This document shows, one piece after another, positions 16,490 through 28,054 of a stretch of DNA of 64,000 bases. The translations under genes and the position numbers were made by a program. Source of the DNA: a virus. A model generated the notes under the pieces. It had not been told where the DNA came from and did no database searches. It saw nothing but the letters and a program-made list of their open reading frames with translations. Position 1 is the stretch's first letter; every line of letters starts with the position of its first letter. The stretch spans positions 105,329 through 169,328 of IMG/VR virus record IMGVR_UViG_3300031857_000018. One strand, given 5' to 3'.

Positions 16490-16818
16490 TATTCCACTGT
16501 TTTCTCTACGTATGTGCAAGTCTCACCTGCATCAAATCCTTTTTCTAATAGCAAGGGCAGGGAAGCTGGCTTGCACCAAGCATACACCAAGTACCCTTTG
16601 AATCTTTGCTGCACATACTCCCAACGGGCGTCCCACAGCATTCGAAAGATTCCTTTGCGACGATGGTCTTCATGTACCCAAGCATCTAGGAACTTGATGC
16701 GTTGTGTTTCTTCTCGTTCCATGTAGATGTGTCCTACAATGTCTCCGTTTACCATGGCGATCCAGGTTTCAAGTCGTTGAGCATTGCTTTTAAGATGTAC
16801 TATTTTAATGTCTTCCAT
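16489..16818 (-). CDS. GNAT-family acetyltransferase
   Basis: VHEDHRRKGI acetyl-CoA-binding motif; KGF. Confidence 0.8.
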   Translation of the reverse strand: MEDIKIVHLKSNAQRLETWIAMVNGDIVGHIYMEREETQRIKFLDAWVHEDHRRKGIFRMLWDARWEYVQQRFKGYLVYAWCKPASLPLLLEKGFDAGETCTYVEKTVE

Positions 16819-16821
16819 AAG

Positions 16822-17646
16822 TTAATGTATTCGTTTTAATATGTCACTTAATCGGCTATACATTTCTACTGCTATCGGTACTGACATCAGTGCAATAAGA
16901 AAATTGTTTACATACGAGTATACTGTAATCACACTACCAATTGTAACATGTTGGGTTGTAAGTACCAACACTATGATCGACGCAAACAAAAATATGTTTT
17001 TAATCATCATGATGAGAAACCAATTCTTTCCTTGCAGAGTTGATTGGAATATCTCTAGTTGGCGCCGGCGATTAAAAAACAGCACTGAGGCATCATATCC
17101 AGCTTGTATAGCGTCTCCTTTGCGTTCATAATGTGTGTTCCTCAGTTTGATTGCCTGCTTTATTTTGCTGTATAGTAAGGTTACAGCAGCAAGTATCATC
17201 ACGAATGCAATACTAACCAACACACCAACCTGCCAATTTTCTGAGTAAATAAACCCGATGGATCCTACGATTGTAACAATGGTTGCGATATAGTAATGCA
17301 CATATCCTTCCAATACATTAACAATATCATGGGCCATATCTGTTCTAGCAATTTTGGTTGATGCATCATGATGCGGTTGCCGCAGAAATCGAAACACGAT
17401 GCTGTTGTATATTCGAGTGTACACTTTGGTATCATACACCATTCGTTTATAATTAAAAAATGCAGATAAGAAATATGAGGTTCCTAACAGCACCAACCAA
17501 TGCCATGTGCCACTCATCAGGCCGTCAATGCTTTTACCAAGCAGAAATGGTGTTGCTAGATTAGACAGCTCGGTGACGAGCATGAACAAGTAAATGAATG
17601 ATAGCTGGCGTCGATGCTGTTTGAATATCTCATAAATTTTATTCAT
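16822..17646 (-). CDS. ABC-transporter six-TM domain protein without an ATPase domain
   Basis: PFLLGKSIDGL; ~6 TM helices. Confidence 0.75.
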   Translation of the reverse strand: MNKIYEIFKQHRRQLSFIYLFMLVTELSNLATPFLLGKSIDGLMSGTWHWLVLLGTSYFLSAFFNYKRMVYDTKVYTRIYNSIVFRFLRQPHHDASTKIARTDMAHDIVNVLEGYVHYYIATIVTIVGSIGFIYSENWQVGVLVSIAFVMILAAVTLLYSKIKQAIKLRNTHYERKGDAIQAGYDASVLFFNRRRQLEIFQSTLQGKNWFLIMMIKNIFLFASIIVLVLTTQHVTIGSVITVYSYVNNFLIALMSVPIAVEMYSRLSDILKRIH

Positions 17647-18142
17647 AGTTTAATTGATTAACGTCACTTTGATCGTCGGGTATGCCGGTGAGTGAATATC
17701 TATCTTTATTTAGATCCGCAGCTAGTTTAGTCTTAATAAACTGCTCCTCGCCTACCGGATCATATATGTTCCCTTGCGAATCTCGTACCCAGTAATGCGG
17801 AATAAACTTCCATTGATCAGCATATTCGCTAGTCTCAATCCACTGTTTTCTATCGTTAGCATCATTCCAATTCCCACCATCCGAAATAAACTCGCGTTTC
17901 ATTTCTTCAGTGAAGTCAGCTTTATCGTATACGACTGAATCCGCCTTAAAATATCCTTCTACGCGATTCAATTCTTGCGCCCCATGTTTTGTCAAAAACT
18001 GCATAAAACTCAACGCAGCAGGACCACAATTATCTCTTTTGCAGAAGTACTTCAGTTCCTTAGGACTTACGGTTTGTTTCCACTGAGCAATAAGACTCTC
18101 TGGCGATGCTGTCTCTTTCAATAAATCTTTTAATCGTATCAT
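17639..18142 (-). CDS. putative virion/internal head protein with a possible Cys-His-Asp papain-like fold
   Basis: N-terminal MIRLKDLLKE; NCG...HYW...YDP; class-II promoter at 18147-18155. Confidence 0.65.
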   Translation of the reverse strand: MIRLKDLLKETASPESLIAQWKQTVSPKELKYFCKRDNCGPAALSFMQFLTKHGAQELNRVEGYFKADSVVYDKADFTEEMKREFISDGGNWNDANDRKQWIETSEYADQWKFIPHYWVRDSQGNIYDPVGEEQFIKTKLAADLNKDRYSLTGIPDDQSDVNQLNYE

Positions 18143-18157
18143 ACGTATAAATATCGA

Positions 18158-18465
18158 TTAATTTGATAACGGTGCTTTAATTGTTGGGTGTGATTGTTAC
18201 TTTATACTTCATTGTTTTGTCATTCATATCCATAATACCAAATACAACAGAATCCGTATCATCAGGATTAATTAATGTAGGTGTTACGAGATAACCTTGC
18301 AGAATTTCTAAGTCTCTACGTATTTGTTTTACTAAATCAATAGGGATTTTAGTTTCAATTTCTGATTTTTCAAATGTTTCTGGATTGTAATAATCCGCTT
18401 TGTAATTTTCCATGATTTTTATTTTTTTAATTTGATAACGGTGCTTTAATGTGTGGGTGTGATTG
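18158..18465. repeat. 39-bp direct repeat of the thyA 3' end flanking a small gene
   Basis: 18158-18196 vs 18427-18465, 36/39 identical. Confidence 0.85.
18177..18413 (-). CDS. hypothetical protein
   Basis: 78-aa ORF. Confidence 0.65.
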   Translation of the reverse strand: MENYKADYYNPETFEKSEIETKIPIDLVKQIRRDLEILQGYLVTPTLINPDDTDSVVFGIMDMNDKTMKYKVTITPNN

Positions 18466-19569
18466 GTAGTTGCCTAGTTGAAGATCCTCCTCCAACAGAC
18501 ACTTGCAGAAGTTATCGTTGCTGAAACCTTCTACCACTGCTACGGCATCTATAGGTCCTACTCCACATTCTCCAGATTCAGTTGGCCACCACTCTGTGTT
18601 AATGTTTAAGGTTGGTAATGGATATGGTTCTCTTGTTAGTTGTTCCTTTGCTTGTTCAATATGATTAGAATACAAATGCGTATCACCCAAGTTACCAATC
18701 AATTCATCTGGAACCATGTTCACTGCCTTTGCAATGATTTCAAGTAGTAAACCATAAGAAGCAATATTGAATGGTAAACCTAAGAATGTATCTACTGAAC
18801 GTTGGTTCCACATTAAAGAGATTGCTCTGGTTGGTATGTTATTTCTATCCCAAGATTCAACCGTCATAGGTGATACAAACTCAGAATCATACTTAGCTAA
18901 TTTTCTTCTTTCTTCCAAACTCAACTCTCTTGTATAAACTTGAAATCCATAATGACAAGGTGGAAGTGTCATTTGGTCTAATTCACCTACATTCCAAGCT
19001 GAAACCATTAGGCGTCTTGAGTCTGGGTTTGTTTTAAGTTGGTATATGAGCACTCCTATTTGATCGTGCCATAAAGATCCTTTAGCTAAAGGGTGAACAT
19101 CAGGAATACTCAACCATCCTTGCCACTTTCTCCATTGTTTACCGTACACGGGACCTAAATCACCATATAGTTCTGAAAACTTATCGTTATTTTTAACCCA
19201 GTTAATAAATTCTTCTTTTGAAAAAGGTCTATTTTGGGTTTCATCGTTTTCATAAATAACACCATGAAGTTTATCCTTTTCATATTTTTTTAAGTACGCT
19301 TTATACGCATCACCATCCCATATATGACAATCATTATCAACAAGGTATTTGATGTTCGTATCACCACGCAAGAACCACATTAGCTCTGTTGCTATAAGTC
19401 TGAATGGCATCTTTTTAGTTGTGAGCAAAGGAAACCCTTCTGACATCTTATGACGTATCTGCCTACCGAATACAGATAGTGTTCCTGTACCTGTTCGGTC
19501 TTGTTTAGTTACTCCATTCTCTAAGATATCTTGGAGCAATGCTGTGTATTGTTTATCTAGCGTATTCAA
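18427..19569 (-). CDS. thyA: thymidylate synthase
   Basis: DRTGTGT, GFPLLTTKK, LGPVYGKQWR, LPPCH, QRSVDTFLGLPFN motifs. Confidence 0.97.
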   Translation of the reverse strand: MNTLDKQYTALLQDILENGVTKQDRTGTGTLSVFGRQIRHKMSEGFPLLTTKKMPFRLIATELMWFLRGDTNIKYLVDNDCHIWDGDAYKAYLKKYEKDKLHGVIYENDETQNRPFSKEEFINWVKNNDKFSELYGDLGPVYGKQWRKWQGWLSIPDVHPLAKGSLWHDQIGVLIYQLKTNPDSRRLMVSAWNVGELDQMTLPPCHYGFQVYTRELSLEERRKLAKYDSEFVSPMTVESWDRNNIPTRAISLMWNQRSVDTFLGLPFNIASYGLLLEIIAKAVNMVPDELIGNLGDTHLYSNHIEQAKEQLTREPYPLPTLNINTEWWPTESGECGVGPIDAVAVVEGFSNDNFCKCLLEEDLQLGNYQSHPHIKAPLSN

Positions 19570-19913
19570 AAGTATAAGTCTTGTAATCGTTTAATTTCTG
19601 CAATTATATCTTTTAGTCGGTTGATCTCTGCAATCACATCGTCACCTAACTCAATCTTTGACATCATTGAGATATCAACAAGCTGTGTTTCCAACAAGTG
19701 AATTAGTTGTTCTTCTGCAGATGCCGTAATCAGCTCTACTGGCTCCAATTGTCCCTCATTGAAAATATGCAATAGACCATAGTCATCCATTTCTCCAACT
19801 ACTCGAATGTCGCCACCCAATGTTTCAAACACACCTACGATTGTGCAAGGAAAATCATATCCTTTTGGTTTGTAGGCTTTGTCCCCTACCTGGAATTTTG
19901 TTTGTTTATTCAT
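19566..19913 (-). CDS. hypothetical protein
   Basis: ORF overlapping the thyA start. Confidence 0.7.
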   Translation of the reverse strand: MNKQTKFQVGDKAYKPKGYDFPCTIVGVFETLGGDIRVVGEMDDYGLLHIFNEGQLEPVELITASAEEQLIHLLETQLVDISMMSKIELGDDVIAEINRLKDIIAEIKRLQDLYF

Positions 19914-20178
19914 AACCTTCTACTAGTTTCATTATGTTTCGTGCTAACTCTCCTGCGGTGCGAGTGCCATCCAGGCTCCATTCAATAATCATATGCTCAA
20001 CCTCAGCTGAGGTATCATACAAGCCATCAGCCTCAGCATCTGACACTAAGTCCTGTAATGCAACTTCCTGCCGTTGCTTTTTTGTCATTGTTGGTATCTC
20101 AACAGTAACATACTGTGGTGTCAATTGATCCGGTCCGATCCCAACGCACACTTCGATTGTTTTATTTCGTTTCGCCAT
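19906..20178 (-). CDS. hypothetical protein
   Basis: ORF in an operon. Confidence 0.65.
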   Translation of the reverse strand: MAKRNKTIEVCVGIGPDQLTPQYVTVEIPTMTKKQRQEVALQDLVSDAEADGLYDTSAEVEHMIIEWSLDGTRTAGELARNIMKLVEGYE

Positions 20179-20274
20179 ATTTTTTTCTTAGGAATTCTGC
20201 GTATGCTACTCGTCGCTTAGGTTTAATGAAAACCCAACCATAAGTCATTTCAAACCATTTAATGAATCTATATT

Positions 20275-20550
20275 TCATACTCGATGTGCTTCTAACAAGT
20301 TAATTAATGCTTGTGTTTTTGCAAAATCATAAAAACGAATAGCTGGGTCTGTTTCGAAAAATTCGGCAAACCATTCACCATCTACAGTTTCATCTGATGC
20401 ATTTGTTATGAGTTCGAATCCTCGAGCAATTGTATACGTATAATAATAAAATTCATCTTCCGTCCATGTATTGCCAAGATCGTCTTCACATTCTACACCT
20501 TCTTCGTGTTGTCGCTCAAAACCTAGTAATTGTATTTCTTTTTCTGTCAT
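20275..20550 (-). CDS. hypothetical protein
   Basis: 91-aa ORF. Confidence 0.7.
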   Translation of the reverse strand: MTEKEIQLLGFERQHEEGVECEDDLGNTWTEDEFYYYTYTIARGFELITNASDETVDGEWFAEFFETDPAIRFYDFAKTQALINLLEAHRV

Positions 20551-20566
20551 AACTTATAATATAAAT

Positions 20567-20799
20567 TTATTCTATAATTTCAAAGTCTATATCGGGTATT
20601 GTTTCACAAAACATGAAATGAGTCTGTGTTCTCAGAGCATGGTCTGCCCCGACTGCTAACATGTACTGTTGCACTATTTCCATGTTAGGTGGTTCATCTA
20701 ATTTAGCAGCAAAACAGCTTACTGGCTTCTGCGTTATAATAATGTAAGCTACATCATTGTGCTTGTATACCTTCTGCATATTAACCTCATTAAAAGTGC

Positions 20800-20812
<13 letters not shown>
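20567..20812 (-). CDS. hypothetical protein
   Basis: 81-aa ORF. Confidence 0.65.
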
Positions 20813-22694
<1,882 letters not shown>

Positions 22695-22729
22695 TTATTT
22701 CCTTTTATAACTTTATTTAATATAAATAT

Positions 22730-24820
22730 TTACTGAGCCATTTCCAAGAATTTTTTGTTAATTGTTTTGGAAACCTCGGTCATATTTTCTGGACGAATGA
22801 ATTGAGCATCCTGACCATACATAGTTTTGAAACATCGCACATCAGTTTCATATGACCCGTGTGAGATGAAGTAACTAATAACATTGATACCTATCTCGCG
22901 CATTCCATCCACGCAACGCTTTGTGAACTGCACAGGATCAAACCAATAATCTGCTCCGCTAATTGCGGTAGGTGCTCCATCTGAGTAGTTAATGAAAATC
23001 AATTCATCGCCTTTAGCATCCGCTTTAATGTCATTCTCAATACTTTTGAATGCTACACCTTCCGGAGTACAACCAAATGTGCTAAGATATTTGAACATGT
23101 TTCGGATCTTGCTAATCTTGTCGTGAGCTGAGTCATATGCATACACAGTCACACAACGCTCACTGCTTCCTGCAATATTGGATGTTCCTCGCAAAGATAT
23201 TTGCACTCGGATTCCTGTGGTCATTGCTGCAGCTTGTGCGATTGCTACTGCTGAGGTAATTGCTTGTTCCAACTTGTCGCCAGACATCGATCCGGATGCA
23301 TCAATTGAAATATGAATAAAATAGTTCTTGTAACGGTCAGTTACGATGCGGTGGAACACATTAGCATTGTTATATCCTAATTGTGATACCAATCGACGGT
23401 CAATCTTACCAGCTGTCAATCTAGTAGTTTTAAGTGTGCGGTCTGCACTACGTAGTTGCAATTTGTTTCCTAACTGCTTGCCTAAAACAATACCTCGATT
23501 AACTGCTTCATTCATACGGACCATGTCTCGTACACCATACCCATTATCAGTGAGTTGTCGTTTTCCGTTAATAACATCAGCCGCATTGCTAGAAAACAAC
23601 TGAGGCAAACTGCATACAATAGATTGAGTTAGCTTCTTAATAACAACCGTTGTCACCGGACAGCCATCGCCTGCTTTGTTAGTATACACATCGCGGGTTT
23701 CGGTTCCTGACTCGCGAAGAGCATTAACAACTGCTGCATCACTTTTGCTAAGACGTCCTTGTTTCTTTTGCTCGCCGGACAAGAATTCTCGTTGAGCTTG
23801 GATAGCCTTTGCCAGTTTATCCAACTCTTTCATTGACATCTTAGGATGCGTTTCTTCTGATTGGTCGTCATCAGATCCATCGCCACCATCGCCAGGTTCT
23901 CCTTCGCCTTCGCTGTCAGACGGTTCGCCTTCTGAATCTGCATCTCCTGGTATTCCTGCTTGTGGAGTTCCTCCTGCTTGTGGTGTCGGCTGAGTTGTCC
24001 CGGGATTTGGTACTGATGGCAATGTGCCTACTGCGGATCTTACTATGCGGAACATATCAATAGCCAACATCAAAGCATCCTCGGTAGTCTTTAAGCGATC
24101 AATGTTGCGAAGATCTACTAGGTTCCATATATCTCGCAAAGCCTTAAGCGAATCTAATTGTCGGTTTGGATTAGTGAAGTTGATGATGTGGAACATGTAC
24201 GTGTCCCAATCTTCATCGGTCTTCTCGTTTCCAATCAACGCTTTGTCAATAATTTTGTCGTTGAAGTATTTGTCATACATTGCTTCATAATACATACGGT
24301 ATCCCGGAGCATTAGTATAGATTTTATAATCGATGCGACGGTCTTCAACCCAATTCAATAAGTCTTTGATTACTGCAAAGTCGCGGTTGGTCATTGTCAT
24401 TTCTGGATCCAAGCCTTGCATCTGAACAATCTTTCCCATCCTAGTACCAGATAATGAATGAGAACCTTTAAACATGGTAAAGTCAGTGTATGCAATATGG
24501 GAACCTTCATGCAATGCTAATCCTACAGCTGGGTCAAAGTTCTTGTCCTCCAACTTGGTACCAATCACAACTTTCTCGCCATCGGTGTAACTTTGGTCGT
24601 TGCTTTGGAATACTACTGGGATCTGCTTGCCTGTAACGATATTAACAAAGTTACCGATAGCTCGTTGAGCTGCAGCCAATTTGGTAAAGTCGGTGCTTTT
24701 GCCTCGGCCAAAGTCGGTATCAAAATCTTCGTTTAACCAAAAGCTTGATGCTGCGCGTTGGTATCCGCGGAAGCCAGTGCCGGCTTGAATTGCATTGGGA
24801 AATTTAATGTCTCTTTTCAT
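22730..24820 (-). CDS. vWA-domain protein with an N-terminal HExxH region (CobT-like partner)
   Basis: LHEGSH, VEDRRID, acidic linker, DASGSMS MIDAS motif, SDG. Confidence 0.85.
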   Translation of the reverse strand: MKRDIKFPNAIQAGTGFRGYQRAASSFWLNEDFDTDFGRGKSTDFTKLAAAQRAIGNFVNIVTGKQIPVVFQSNDQSYTDGEKVVIGTKLEDKNFDPAVGLALHEGSHIAYTDFTMFKGSHSLSGTRMGKIVQMQGLDPEMTMTNRDFAVIKDLLNWVEDRRIDYKIYTNAPGYRMYYEAMYDKYFNDKIIDKALIGNEKTDEDWDTYMFHIINFTNPNRQLDSLKALRDIWNLVDLRNIDRLKTTEDALMLAIDMFRIVRSAVGTLPSVPNPGTTQPTPQAGGTPQAGIPGDADSEGEPSDSEGEGEPGDGGDGSDDDQSEETHPKMSMKELDKLAKAIQAQREFLSGEQKKQGRLSKSDAAVVNALRESGTETRDVYTNKAGDGCPVTTVVIKKLTQSIVCSLPQLFSSNAADVINGKRQLTDNGYGVRDMVRMNEAVNRGIVLGKQLGNKLQLRSADRTLKTTRLTAGKIDRRLVSQLGYNNANVFHRIVTDRYKNYFIHISIDASGSMSGDKLEQAITSAVAIAQAAAMTTGIRVQISLRGTSNIAGSSERCVTVYAYDSAHDKISKIRNMFKYLSTFGCTPEGVAFKSIENDIKADAKGDELIFINYSDGAPTAISGADYWFDPVQFTKRCVDGMREIGINVISYFISHGSYETDVRCFKTMYGQDAQFIRPENMTEVSKTINKKFLEMAQ

Positions 24821-24883
24821 ATCAACTCTTTTTATATATTATAAATATAAGAAATTATTTGGTATTATCCAACCAAAAAGATT

Positions 24884-24948
24884 AAAAAAATGGAGCTGTT
24901 TACACACTAACCGTTATGCCTATCAGGTTAAACGGGTCACTCCATTTT
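24884..24948 (-). terminator. structured terminator/3'UTR hairpin downstream of the AAA gene
   Basis: AAAAUGGAG/CUCCAUUUU outer stem followed by a U-tract. Confidence 0.6.
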
Positions 24949-24968
24949 CTTGAGCTATGAAAAAGATC

Positions 24969-26120
24969 TTAGAATGGGATATTGTTTAAGTTATCTGTAT
25001 CGGCTCCTACATTGAAAATGTCTTTCTCTGCAGTTGCCATATGTTTCTGAATAATTTGTTTCACAAAGGTTCTTTCAGAATCTGCACCTCCTGATGCATC
25101 AAAGAAAGGAAGGATTGCTACCTCAGCAGCTTCAATCAAAGTGAATCCATCTGCTAACAAGTCGCAAATACGAACCGTCATACGAGTGGATACCATGGTG
25201 CTGAGTTTACCGTCTTCAGATCTCCATTCTTTGCGAGTAGAGTCTGCAATGTCAGCCACTGCATGAATAAGCTCTGGTGTCACCTTGTTACCAAACTTAT
25301 AAGTCAATAGTGCTGCTTCACGCTCCATGGAAAGGATATCAACCTCAATGATTTCGAAACGATCCATCAAGGCACGGTCAAGCACGCGTGTCGATGTATA
25401 CTCGGTACCAATGTTTGCCGTAGCAATAAATGATACACCCTCAGCAACCTTAATAGTCGGAGCATCAACATCTTCGTCTAGGCGAAGGTAACGCTGACCC
25501 TCATCCAACACTGTCATAAGGATGTTCCATGCCTCAGGATGCGCACGAGACAACTCGTCAAGCAAGATTACAGCATTCTCAGTTTGGATAGCCTTCACAA
25601 ACGCTGACTCGTCAAATGTGGTCTCGCCAGCTTTGAAATGCGTGTTACCAATCAGAGTAGCACGCGGATCCTGTGTAGCTCCTAAGTTAAAATAAAAGAA
25701 TGCTCGGCCGGTTGCTTGTGGCAAAGCCTTTGCTGCTTGTGTCTTACCACAACCTGCAGGTCCTACCATCATGATGTTCTTGCCACGAACTGCTGAACGA
25801 ACCAAGTACTTCCATTTGATGTCAGACATTTCTAGGTCAGCCGGCTTGATGTTCTTAGCATTGTTAATGAATGCCATCACCGGATCCATCTCTGTAGCTT
25901 CTGCTACTTGTGGGGTGCGTGGCTCTGCAGGAATATCTGCCATTGGCACTCGCTTACCGCGACACGTGTCAAAATTATACTTTAGCCCTTCCATGTTGGT
26001 TGCAGCCAAATTGATCATGTCCGCGCGGAACAAGTGCGTAATGTTTGCGCCGGTGTTTACCTCAATTACACGTACGCCTTTTGCATCGATTTCAACGATA
26101 CCATAAGTTTCTTTTTTCAT
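24969..26120 (-). CDS. MoxR/CobS-like AAA+ ATPase
   Basis: GPAGCGKT Walker A; ILLDELSRA Walker B; ATAN; DRALMDRF. Confidence 0.92.
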   Translation of the reverse strand: MKKETYGIVEIDAKGVRVIEVNTGANITHLFRADMINLAATNMEGLKYNFDTCRGKRVPMADIPAEPRTPQVAEATEMDPVMAFINNAKNIKPADLEMSDIKWKYLVRSAVRGKNIMMVGPAGCGKTQAAKALPQATGRAFFYFNLGATQDPRATLIGNTHFKAGETTFDESAFVKAIQTENAVILLDELSRAHPEAWNILMTVLDEGQRYLRLDEDVDAPTIKVAEGVSFIATANIGTEYTSTRVLDRALMDRFEIIEVDILSMEREAALLTYKFGNKVTPELIHAVADIADSTRKEWRSEDGKLSTMVSTRMTVRICDLLADGFTLIEAAEVAILPFFDASGGADSERTFVKQIIQKHMATAEKDIFNVGADTDNLNNIPF

Positions 26121-26176
26121 AACTCTTTTGATTTTTATATATTATAAATATAAGAAATCTTTTGATAGAAACCAAC

Positions 26177-27256
26177 CTATTTGTAAACTTTTTTCATAGT
26201 TCCGTCATTATATACTTCGAAATATATTCCGTGCATGGTGTTAAGACTGCCCGCGGATACTTCTTGACCCATCATGTTAATTAGTTTAACAACATATTTG
26301 TCAGCTGTGTTATCAACTAGTATTGGTCCGTATATTTTAAATTTTCCGTCTTTGTCTACTTGAACTAAACGATAATAATTCATGGTTGGCTCAAAGTCGT
26401 TGTCAATAAATGTATATGATGAAACCATAGTACTGTTTCCTACTGCTGGTTCCAGACCGATAACTGATTTTTCTGTAAACTCACTGGTCGTTGTTCGTTC
26501 AATCCAATAGTAATCTGAATTATGTTCTGAGGCTGTTTTCCATGCCAATAAGTTTCCAGATTGCGTTGGTAGTCCTTCGAAGGACATCATTTCTACCGGT
26601 AGCGGATCAATTTGAATTAGTTCAATATTATCTAACCACCATTCTTCCCCGGCTGAATTAACTCGACAATAAAAATCTACAGCAACTGATGTTAAGTTTG
26701 ATGCTAACATCAATGTGTATGTTGCTGGAGTTGCGGTTGATGCTCCTGCTGCTGCTTGGTAAACATCGCCGGTTGGTGCTGCTGAATTTGTAAATGTTCC
26801 GTTTGCTGTATGTATAACTACACCGGTGTTGGTATAAGGCCATGTTGCATTTGAATTGCCTGTAATTCTCATTTCATTTACATATGTGCCACCGTTTGCT
26901 GATACTTGCACACTTAAATAATCAGCAGCATCTAAACCGCGTGTTGCAGAAGCTGATGAGTATGTATAGGATGCTACTCGGAATCTAAGTTCATACATTT
27001 TGGTTGGATCCAAAGTTACAGTTGGTAGTGAATACCAATCTTGTTCTATTCCAGATGAACCATTACCTACGCCAAGAATTGCTGCAGATGTGGATGGAGA
27101 TACAGATGCATTAGTAAACCAACCTGATGTTGCACCAAACAACCAACCTGCTGACAGATAAGTTGTTGAAGAAGTTTCCATGTTATCGAATTCAATAACG
27201 GTTTGTGTTCTAGCAAATCCTGCTAAAAATACAAATGCTAATAATAGTTTATTCAT
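26177..27256 (-). CDS. secreted protein with an LPVE-type Ig domain and a T9SS type-A-like C-terminus
   Basis: Signal peptide MNKLLLAFVFLAG; PLPVEMMSF..W.TASE.N..Y.IER..YYRL.QVD.DG; NMMGQEV...YNDGTMKKVYK. Confidence 0.8.
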   Translation of the reverse strand: MNKLLLAFVFLAGFARTQTVIEFDNMETSSTTYLSAGWLFGATSGWFTNASVSPSTSAAILGVGNGSSGIEQDWYSLPTVTLDPTKMYELRFRVASYTYSSASATRGLDAADYLSVQVSANGGTYVNEMRITGNSNATWPYTNTGVVIHTANGTFTNSAAPTGDVYQAAAGASTATPATYTLMLASNLTSVAVDFYCRVNSAGEEWWLDNIELIQIDPLPVEMMSFEGLPTQSGNLLAWKTASEHNSDYYWIERTTTSEFTEKSVIGLEPAVGNSTMVSSYTFIDNDFEPTMNYYRLVQVDKDGKFKIYGPILVDNTADKYVVKLINMMGQEVSAGSLNTMHGIYFEVYNDGTMKKVYK

Positions 27257-27375
27257 GTGATTTGTTTTTGTGTTTTGTTTTACGGGTATATGTTTTTTTA
27301 GATTGTTCCGTTCTAGAAACAAATCGTCCATCAAAGAAGCCTTGTTGTTTTTGTGATTCTCGGGAAGCACCTAAA

Positions 27376-27552
27376 TTAATTTTTAGTATCTGGTTGTTCA
27401 TAACGTGACATTGTTTGTTCGAATGCTACTTCGTAGGCTCGAGCTAAATCAAATCGATGGTCATATTTTAGTTTGTCTACTAGTTCAAATACTTGTTCGT
27501 GCACACCTTGTTTGTATGCCTTCATCATTATCTCTTCAATTCGATCTGCCAT
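27376..27552 (-). CDS. small hypothetical protein (58 aa, MADRIEEIMM...)
   Basis: Read by hand; fills an intergenic gap. Confidence 0.55.
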   Translation of the reverse strand: MADRIEEIMMKAYKQGVHEQVFELVDKLKYDHRFDLARAYEVAFEQTMSRYEQPDTKN

Positions 27553-27586
27553 TACTACACTCCAAATATAATAAATAAAACTTTAA

Positions 27587-28054
27587 TTACCAAGCTCGGC
27601 AAGACCAATATCTTGCTTTTGTGCGAGGGCCTGGATTTTCACAATTATGTCTAGCTCTGAATGATTTTCTACGAGCTGGATTAGATTTCTTTATGCGCAT
27701 TGTTTTTTGACCAGCACGTTTTGCTGAGGTACCTCCGTGACCAAAGTTAACTTTAACTACATTGCCTTCTGCATTGCGTACATACACTTTGAACTTCTTG
27801 ACATCGCCACGCATTGGTTTGCCCAATTTAACTTTGCGTCCTTGGTACTCAGCTTCATTAAGACCAGGTTCAATCAGATTAATATGTTCTGATTCATTAA
27901 CACTGCGTTCAATGTATTCTACAAGACATTGAGCACAATATCCTTCTGCTTCTTTAATTGGAACACAGTTCGGAACTTTGCGTCCTCCTTTTTTCTTCAT
28001 TCCAATCATTTCATATCCGGACCAGCATGGTGCAGATTCATCAATATAATTCAT
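27587..28054 (-). CDS. basic virion-associated protein of a type common in T4-like phages
   Basis: CWxGY..G.KKK.GRKVPNCVP and RRKSFRARHNC...ARYWSC motifs; LNE sites. Confidence 0.75.
   Translation of the reverse strand: MNYIDESAPCWSGYEMIGMKKKGGRKVPNCVPIKEAEGYCAQCLVEYIERSVNESEHINLIEPGLNEAEYQGRKVKLGKPMRGDVKKFKVYVRNAEGNVVKVNFGHGGTSAKRAGQKTMRIKKSNPARRKSFRARHNCENPGPRTKARYWSCRAW

Noticed and set aside
18427-19569. Intron or intein in thyA
   Set aside because: The frame is continuous; the extra length comes from short in-frame insertions without splicing motifs.
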